NCBI GenBank assembly: GCA_031385045.1
Contig: JANNBC010000055.1
Location: forward strand, 1 to 35,175
From: a bacterium
GTDB taxonomy: Bacteria > Bdellovibrionota_C > UBA2361 > CALJRW01
Length of the DNA stretch: 35,175 nucleotides
Direction of reading: 5' to 3'
Part shown: one piece after another, positions 28,539-35,175 of the stretch
Numbering within the stretch: position 1 is the stretch's first letter
How the letters are laid out: each line of letters starts with the position of its first letter
Program-made: the position numbers and the translations under genes
The notes under the pieces: generated by a model
What the model was told of the DNA's origin: nothing
Seen by the model: only the letters and a program-made list of their open reading frames with translations
Database searches by the model: none

Positions 28539-30829
28539 ACACTAGCAACTACAGAGTCAAGAAGGTTAATTTCTTTTAATGATTTGGCTCTAATTACATC
28601 TTCAAGCCTATCACAACGTTGCATTAGTTGGTCAATTTTCTTAACTATTCTTAATTGTTCTTTGATAGGTGGAAGAGGAAATGGATTATTTGAAAAAAAA
28701 TCTGTGGGTACTCGTTTCTGACCTGCAGAACCCGTCATCTTAGTTGCTCCAAGCGATAAATATCTCGGATTTTTTAAATAATTAAGCAAAAATCTTGGAT
28801 TTACAATGGAGTAGATATCTCTAAAAATATGCAATTCAGTAGTTCCTGCCCCAATACCATTAGGCAAATCATAGAAGACGCAAGACTTAGCATTTTCAAA
28901 ACATGGTGTAATCTTTGCTAAGCCAACATCTCTATTTTGAAAATGAGTATAGCCTTTTTTTATTTCACTCCATTTCTTGGTTTGAAATGTATGAACAAAG
29001 CTATATCCAGCAGAAATATGAGGCATAGAGACAAACCCAACATCTTTGTCATCTTCACAATTATTTCTAGGATTAATTAACCCAACCTCGCCTAACCTTA
29101 CCCACTCCCAACCATTTGGTAATTCATAAGGAATTTCCTCAGGAGTTATACTTGGTAATGGACTAGAATGCTTTATCTTTCTATCTTTAACTAACTTTTG
29201 TTTTTCCTTTGATACTTCCTTTAGTACCTCTCTGGTTGGTCTATCGCTTGGTTCTTGCGGGACAAGTTTTCCTTGCATAGCTAGAGTTAAGATTAGTTCT
29301 CTTAGTTTTTTGATTCCATTAGGAGCAAAAAATGCTATGTCTAAATGTTTTTTGAGTATTTTTTTTTGTTGACCTTCTAATGATTGAATTAATACATTTT
29401 TTAATTCATTTTGAATTTCTAGAAGATTATTTTTAAGTTCCTGATATTCACAAAATAAAGTATCAGGATTGGCATGAACGACCGCAACTCTATGTGGATT
29501 TTTACAATCAAAATTAAAGTTTCGTTCACAAAGTTCCTTGACGGACATTTTCCATGCGTTCTCAGTAACTTTACGACTTTTGCGTGTTGCTCCTCCCCAC
29601 CATTTTTTTTCTAAGTTAAACTCTTCAATAGTAAGTGGCTTAGACCTTGAGTAGGACTTATAGCCTTCTGGATATGGATGCTCAAAGAACCAGACATCTT
29701 TTGTTGAACCACCTTTTTCAAAAAACAAGATATTAGTTGAAATATTTGTATAAGGGCTAAAGACACCCTTTGGTAGGCGAACAATAGTGTGAAGATTAAA
29801 CTCGTTTAAAAGCTCTTGTTTTATTGTAGTTTTGACACCTTCCCCAAATAGAAATCCATCAGGGAGAACAACAGCTGCCTTTCCAGTATTTTCCCTAAGA
29901 AGATGCATAATAAGAGCCATGAATAAATCGGCAGTCTCACGTGTTTGAAACTTTTTTGGAAAGTTTTTTTCAATTCCGTCTTCTTCTATTCCGCCAAACG
30001 GTGGGTTCGTGATAATAATATCCACTCTGTCTTTTGGTGTATAATCTTTCAACGGTCGGCTTAAAGTGTTGTCATGGCGGATATTCGTTGGGACATCAAT
30101 CCCATGAAGCATCATATTAGTCATAGCTAGCATGTGAGGAAGGGGCTTCTTCTCAATCCCATTAATACTAGACTGAAGTATTTTCATATCTGAATTATTT
30201 TTTACTTGTTTATTAAGATGTTCAATCGTACAAGTAAGAAACCCCCCTGTTCCACAAGCAGGGTCTAGTATCTTATCTCCTAGTTGCGGGTCTAAAATAT
30301 CAACCATGAATTGAGTAACGGCTCTCGGGGTATAATACTCGCCCGCATTTCCTGCTGATTGAAGGTCAGCTAAGATTTTTTCATAAATATCATTAAATAA
30401 ATGCCTATCCTTAGAGGAATTAAAATCTACATCAGCTTCAATCGTATTAATGACTTGACGAAGCAACGTGCCAGACTTCATGTAATTATAAGCATCTTCG
30501 AATACAGAACCAATTACTCGACCCTGAGGGGAAACCCCCGCAGTTGTCGCTAGTTTTTTTAAGGCAGGAAAAAAATCATTATTAACAAAATCAATTAATT
30601 CTTCACCTGTTATACCCTCAGCATCTTTTGCCCAGTTAGACCAACGATACCGAGTTTGTAATGGAGACTTATAATTTGGGATAGTTACTTGCCATTCTTG
30701 TTCCTTATCATCAAATATCTTAAGGAATAGTAACCAAACAATCTGGCTAATACGCTGTGCATCTCCATCGACACCAACATCTTTACGCATAATATCTTGG
30801 ATGGTTTTTATAAGAGAAGTGATAGACAT
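28535..30829 (-). CDS. hsdM: Type I RM methyltransferase HsdM fused in frame to a half (single-TRD) HsdS
   Basis: GEYYTPR, DPACGTGGF, NPPF (N6-adenine MTase). Then GIKKLRELIL..GKLVPQ, PYELPNGWEWVRL, one TRD and PLPPIKEQLRIV, then stop. Confidence 0.9.
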   Translation of the reverse strand: MSITSLIKTIQDIMRKDVGVDGDAQRISQIVWLLFLKIFDDKEQEWQVTIPNYKSPLQTRYRWSNWAKDAEGITGEELIDFVNNDFFPALKKLATTAGVSPQGRVIGSVFEDAYNYMKSGTLLRQVINTIEADVDFNSSKDRHLFNDIYEKILADLQSAGNAGEYYTPRAVTQFMVDILDPQLGDKILDPACGTGGFLTCTIEHLNKQVKNNSDMKILQSSINGIEKKPLPHMLAMTNMMLHGIDVPTNIRHDNTLSRPLKDYTPKDRVDIIITNPPFGGIEEDGIEKNFPKKFQTRETADLFMALIMHLLRENTGKAAVVLPDGFLFGEGVKTTIKQELLNEFNLHTIVRLPKGVFSPYTNISTNILFFEKGGSTKDVWFFEHPYPEGYKSYSRSKPLTIEEFNLEKKWWGGATRKSRKVTENAWKMSVKELCERNFNFDCKNPHRVAVVHANPDTLFCEYQELKNNLLEIQNELKNVLIQSLEGQQKKILKKHLDIAFFAPNGIKKLRELILTLAMQGKLVPQEPSDRPTREVLKEVSKEKQKLVKDRKIKHSSPLPSITPEEIPYELPNGWEWVRLGEVGLINPRNNCEDDKDVGFVSMPHISAGYSFVHTFQTKKWSEIKKGYTHFQNRDVGLAKITPCFENAKSCVFYDLPNGIGAGTTELHIFRDIYSIVNPRFLLNYLKNPRYLSLGATKMTGSAGQKRVPTDFFSNNPFPLPPIKEQLRIVKKIDQLMQRCDRLEDVIRAKSLKEINLLDSVVASV

Positions 30830-30830
30830 A

Positions 30831-33194
30831 TTAAGCGATATAAAGTTCTTTTTCTAACTCACTGATTGCTTGTTTGTAATTTTCAAGTCCACCGAAAGAA
30901 TTTACAATTTCGGTTGGAGTTCCAAATTCGCTAAAAGGAGAAATAGTTAAAATCTTGGGTTCTTCAATTTGTAAGATGCCCTCATCCATATACTTATTTA
31001 GGAGTGCTTCAATCACTCGTTGTGCCTTTTCACCATACTTGGTGAAGTAATTTCTTTTTTTGACATTGTCAGCACGCTCTTTTCTAGAAAGTGGTGGCAT
31101 ATCCCACGCAATATGACAGACTAGGTCGAATGGGTCGTAATCTTTGCCAATCTCTTCCGCAAGTGCTTCAAAGAAAACTCCTTCATTGGATAGCTCCTCA
31201 ATAATTACTTGTTTCTTCTCAGCACTGCTCCATTTTTGAAGAAAATCATTTACTGAAGCATATTCCTTAGTAAGAGTTTTTCTTGTGTAATCTTTTAATG
31301 ACTCAGTTATCAGTTTTCCATTTGCATCAAAATATTGAACTCTTTCTGCTACTACCATTACGGGCACATTATCAACCACATATCTTTTAGTTGACTGTGC
31401 GTCCACTATCGGAGTCTCTGCAACTTCGTCCCAATCTATTGGCTCTTCATTCTCTGGGTATATTAAATTATCTCCATCTTCGTAATCCTCAGGAGGGACT
31501 GGTGAATCATCGATAGATGCCGGTGTATAAATTTGCACAGGCTTTCCATCAAAATCTGGGTCAGCAAAAAGCTCGGTAGCTTTTTTAAAATCCATTATAG
31601 TAAAATAAAACTTATTATAATCTTCGTTTATTCGAGTACCCCTACCAATTATTTGCTTGAATTCAGTCATCGACTGGATGTTCTGGTCTAGGACTATTAA
31701 CTTGCAGGTTTGAGCATCAACTCCTGTGGACATAAGTTTTGAAGTGGTAGCAATTACTGGATATTTGGATTCAGGGAAAATAAAATTATCAAGCTCGGCT
31801 TTACCTTCTTCATTATCACCGGTAATCCGCATAATATATTTATGATTTTCACTAACAAGGTCAGAGTTTTGATTAGCAAGAGCCTGCCTCATTCGCTCTG
31901 CGTGGTCGATGTTTTCACAAAAAACAATTGTCTTATCAAACCTATTTGTCTCTTTTAGAAAATCACTAATTTTCTTAGCAACTAGCATCGTTCTGGCTTC
32001 AATCACTAAGTTACGGTCAAAGTCTTTGGCGTTATAAATCCTATCTGGAATTTCATTTCCGAATTTATCAATCATGCCTTTTTCAGGTCTCCAACCTTCA
32101 AGGTCTTTATCAATATCGATTCTTACAACTTTGTAAGGAGCAAGGAATCCATCATCGATACCTTGCTTTAGTGAATATGTATAAATAGGTTCGCCAAAAT
32201 AATCGATATTTGAGACTTCTCTAGTTTCCTTAGGTGTTGCGGTTAATCCAATTTGTGTGGCAGAGCTAAAGTATTCTAGAATTTTACGCCACGCAGAATC
32301 TTCGGCAGCACTCCCCCTATGACACTCATCAATAATAATTAAATCAAAGAAATCAGGACTAAATTGCTTGTAGATATTCTGCTCTTCTTCATTTCCAGTT
32401 ACGGCTTGATATAAAGAAAGATAAATTTCATATGCCTTAATAGCTTGTCGCTTCTGGATTTTAGTCATTGCTGAGCCAAAGGGCTTAAAGTCATTGGTAA
32501 TCGTTTGGTCAACAAGAATGTTGCGGTCTGCTAAAAATAAAATTCGTTTTTTAGTTTTTGATTTCCATAAACGCCAAATAATTTGAAAAGCGGTAAATGT
32601 CTTCCCTGTTCCTGTCGCCATTACCAGTAAAATTCTATTTTGCCCTTTTGCAATTGCCTCTATAGTTTTGTTAATAGCTAGGACTTGATAATAGCGAGGC
32701 TCTCTACTTGTCCCTTCGCTATAGTAATCTTGCATTACTAAATCTGTTTGTTTTTCATCTAGACCCTTTTGATTTTTCCAAGATTGCCAAAGGGTTTCAG
32801 GAGAAGGAAATTCCTCTAAGGACAATTCCCTTTCGATTACGCCATCAGGGGACAGCTTATTATGAAATAGAAATCCATCTCCATTAGAGCTAAAAACAAA
32901 TGGAACCTGAAGCATTTCAGCATAGCCAAGTCCCTGTTGCATACCATGCCCCACCGTATGCTTATTATCTTTTGCTTCGATAACTGCTATTGGGATATTA
33001 GGCTTATAAAACAGAACATAATCTGGTCGTTTATTTTTCGCTCTGGTGTGTAACTTGCCACGAACGATTACACGTCCCTTAGTTAAGGGGTATTCCTCTC
33101 GAATTTGAGTTGTAACATCCCAGCCAGCTTTCTCTAGTGCAGGAGTGATGTATTTTGTGCAAATGTCTCTTTCCGTTAAATCTTTCTTATTCAT
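30831..33194 (-). CDS. hsdR: Type I restriction subunit HsdR, EcoAI-like
   Basis: PDY..IEAK nuclease motif, [26 protein letters not shown]; EcoEI-like C-terminus; 787 aa. Confidence 0.95.
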   Translation of the reverse strand: MNKKDLTERDICTKYITPALEKAGWDVTTQIREEYPLTKGRVIVRGKLHTRAKNKRPDYVLFYKPNIPIAVIEAKDNKHTVGHGMQQGLGYAEMLQVPFVFSSNGDGFLFHNKLSPDGVIERELSLEEFPSPETLWQSWKNQKGLDEKQTDLVMQDYYSEGTSREPRYYQVLAINKTIEAIAKGQNRILLVMATGTGKTFTAFQIIWRLWKSKTKKRILFLADRNILVDQTITNDFKPFGSAMTKIQKRQAIKAYEIYLSLYQAVTGNEEEQNIYKQFSPDFFDLIIIDECHRGSAAEDSAWRKILEYFSSATQIGLTATPKETREVSNIDYFGEPIYTYSLKQGIDDGFLAPYKVVRIDIDKDLEGWRPEKGMIDKFGNEIPDRIYNAKDFDRNLVIEARTMLVAKKISDFLKETNRFDKTIVFCENIDHAERMRQALANQNSDLVSENHKYIMRITGDNEEGKAELDNFIFPESKYPVIATTSKLMSTGVDAQTCKLIVLDQNIQSMTEFKQIIGRGTRINEDYNKFYFTIMDFKKATELFADPDFDGKPVQIYTPASIDDSPVPPEDYEDGDNLIYPENEEPIDWDEVAETPIVDAQSTKRYVVDNVPVMVVAERVQYFDANGKLITESLKDYTRKTLTKEYASVNDFLQKWSSAEKKQVIIEELSNEGVFFEALAEEIGKDYDPFDLVCHIAWDMPPLSRKERADNVKKRNYFTKYGEKAQRVIEALLNKYMDEGILQIEEPKILTISPFSEFGTPTEIVNSFGGLENYKQAISELEKELYIA

Positions 33195-33200
33195 TACAAA

Positions 33201-34106
33201 TTAAACTTCGAAGTAATCACTATCAATTTTTTTAATCTCATACTTCTTTACTAAAGAAACCCCAATGTCATAATCAATCATGTAATCAGCAAGTAACCTG
33301 CCATCGATTAGAATGATTTTTTTATCTGTGGACTCCGCATAATTCATGGCATCATTAGAAAAACCAGAAGTGGTAATAAAGACTCCCTTGTTAGCTTTTT
33401 TACCTGAGAGTGCACCAACAAACTTTTGAATCTCTGGTCTTCCAACGGTTCCTGCCCAGCGTTTTGCTTGAATGTAAATAATATCCAGTCCAAGTTTGTC
33501 TTCTTTGATGATACCATCGATACCCTCATCTCCGCTCATTTTGGTAGCCTGAGCAGCGTCATCAAAACTACCGCCGTATCCCATGGCAACTAGTAATTGA
33601 ACAACTAGCCTTTCAAAAAAAGCAGGAGAACTATCAGCAATGGCTTGAAGTAGTTCCTCTGCTAACTGGGCTCTAATTTTAGTATATGATGATTGAATTT
33701 CCTCTTCTGGTGTTTCAGTCGGAAGCACCTCATGAATCTCCTCTGTTGCAGGCTGATTTTTTTTATTCTTAAACTCATTGAACTCAGGAAAGGTTGCAAG
33801 CAGGCGATTATTAATTTCTTGAATGTTGGTACTCAGTAGCTCTTTGCCACGTTTTGAAATCTGGAAGAATCCCCTTTTTTTAACTTCTAGAAGCTGTGCT
33901 TTTACTAAGTATGTCCTTGCCCAACCAACGCGACCCGTAATGTAAGTCTGACTACCACTTGGAATCATTATGTTTTGTTCTTCAGGGGTAAGTTTAAAGT
34001 ATTCAATCATTGCTTGAGTCGCATTTTTGACACGAATCTCTCCGCTTTGACTATTCGCAAATTTGAGAAGAGGGAGCATTATTTCTTGATACTGTGGGAT
34101 ACTCAT
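33201..34106 (-). CDS. mrr: Mrr-family type IV restriction endonuclease
   Basis: N-terminal MSIPQYQEIMLPLL / RVGWARTYL winged helix; FFERLVVQLL, GDEGIDG, YIQAKRW, GVFITTS. Confidence 0.93.
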   Translation of the reverse strand: MSIPQYQEIMLPLLKFANSQSGEIRVKNATQAMIEYFKLTPEEQNIMIPSGSQTYITGRVGWARTYLVKAQLLEVKKRGFFQISKRGKELLSTNIQEINNRLLATFPEFNEFKNKKNQPATEEIHEVLPTETPEEEIQSSYTKIRAQLAEELLQAIADSSPAFFERLVVQLLVAMGYGGSFDDAAQATKMSGDEGIDGIIKEDKLGLDIIYIQAKRWAGTVGRPEIQKFVGALSGKKANKGVFITTSGFSNDAMNYAESTDKKIILIDGRLLADYMIDYDIGVSLVKKYEIKKIDSDYFEV

Positions 34107-34227
34107 TGATGTTTATTGTAGGCATTAGCAATTTAGAATAATAGGAAGGCTCTGGCAATTGATAATAACTCTAAAGTAACCTTGAAACGGCTAACCAATA
34201 TTTTACGTGGGTATCACGATGTGTAAA

Positions 34228-35175
34228 TCACTTCTCACTAATTGAGTTTTTCGAATAATTTGCTGTGAACTCAGATATTCGTTGACTCATCTGGCTAATT
34301 GGTTCTTTAAGTACACGCTCAAGCCTAAGCATTGCATCAATCATAGTTGGAATCATATCGTCCCATTTTTCAGGCTCCATGATATTACCCTCGAACTCGA
34401 CCTTGATTCTACAAGCTCGCTTATTTTCAAGCCTTTCCCAAGTCAATGGACCACCAAAATCATTTTCGATTTTTTCTTTCTGGTTTAATAGGGTTTCAAA
34501 AATAAATTCATTTTCATCTTTGTCCCCTCTATCAATGTAGAGTTCCGCCCTTCCAAAGGAGTTAGTGACCACAAAGTTAAGTCCTAATCCCCTAACTCCT
34601 GTGCTACTCCCAATCCAATGTCCCATATGTGGGTTAATATTTTGATAACGCTTGGAGCCAGTTGAATTCCACATTTTTAGTAACTTAGTCCAAAACTCCT
34701 TTCGTAGACGAAGCCGGACTCGCTCATGCTTTGAAGAGTCTATATCATCTTGTGCCTTATCTGCTATTCTAATCATGTAATCTTCGGCGTCCCGCGTTGG
34801 TATGATTTGCTCCATGCTTAAAAAGAACTCCTCTCCCATGACATATGGAGTTGCGATAAAACACTGTAAGTTTATTTTAAAGTTCATTAGCCACAAAACT
34901 GTACTTGTCACCTCTTTTCTGAATTTTGCAGCAATAAAAATAATTCTCTGTGAAACTCCTTTGTTTAAAGTTATTTCCTCAAAATCCTGTCCTTCCAAGA
35001 ACTCCACAATAAGGTCTTCTGCTTTGCCAGATGCCCCCATAGCATCTAAATAATCCTGATAAATCTTGACGATATTAGCCTTGGATAAACTAGAGCAATA
35101 AGATGCATATTTTAAAGCCTGCCAAACGACATCCCTTCCCGAATCATCTAATTTATTTTCAATTACTACAAGATT
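34228..35175 (-). CDS. NucS/DUF91-like nuclease with C-terminal DUF4268-like domain (5' end outside window)
   Basis: The frame stays open from 35040 to the window edge, reading NLVVIENKLDDSGRDVVWQALKYASY (ExK...Q..Y). The C-terminus has FWTKLL...IENDFGGPLTWERL..KRACRI. Confidence 0.8.
   Translation of the reverse strand, partial: NLVVIENKLDDSGRDVVWQALKYASYCSSLSKANIVKIYQDYLDAMGASGKAEDLIVEFLEGQDFEEITLNKGVSQRIIFIAAKFRKEVTSTVLWLMNFKINLQCFIATPYVMGEEFFLSMEQIIPTRDAEDYMIRIADKAQDDIDSSKHERVRLRLRKEFWTKLLKMWNSTGSKRYQNINPHMGHWIGSSTGVRGLGLNFVVTNSFGRAELYIDRGDKDENEFIFETLLNQKEKIENDFGGPLTWERLENKRACRIKVEFEGNIMEPEKWDDMIPTMIDAMLRLERVLKEPISQMSQRISEFTANYSKNSISEK

Larger units (their letters stand above)
19803..35175. 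mobile_element. tRNA-Leu-integrated genomic island / phage-satellite-like element (right end outside window)
   Basis: Integrase immediately 3' of the tRNA, then a xis/AlpA-like gene, a P4-type primase and defence cargo. No copy of the tRNA 3' end was seen in the window. Confidence 0.85.

Noticed and set aside
1..35175. CRISPR array, IS elements, rRNA
   Set aside because: No regularly spaced repeat-spacer pattern, transposase or rRNA-like sequence was noticed by eye.

Overview
AT-rich bacterial chromosome segment in two parts. (1) 1-19802 is host DNA. It carries a long minus-strand run of surface-glycan genes (three GT4s, one GT2, a WcaJ-type priming transferase, UDP-glucose dehydrogenase, UDP-glucuronate decarboxylase, two SDR epimerases) with lepA, a PPP-family phosphoesterase and gnd embedded in it. 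These are followed by an isolated VirD4/TraG-like coupling ATPase with an extra C-terminal domain, two hypothetical genes, a DUF3108-like exported protein and tRNA-Leu(CAA). (2) From about 19803 to beyond the window end is an element integrated at tRNA-Leu. Its satellite-like core comprises a tyrosine integrase, a hypothetical gene, an excisionase/AlpA-like gene broken by one in-frame TAG (absent from the ORF track), a P4-type primase-helicase and an ori-like repeat region. Its cargo is a Zn-ribbon/TM/FxLYD-like protein, a small HTH gene and a tightly packed defence cluster: NucS/DUF4268-like nuclease, Mrr, EcoAI-type HsdR, HsdM fused to a single-TRD half-HsdS, a PD-(D/E)xK protein and a HEPN protein. 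The best candidate for a novel system is this half-S Type I RM locus with two translationally coupled nucleases. All family calls come from motif recognition by eye; no database searches were run.
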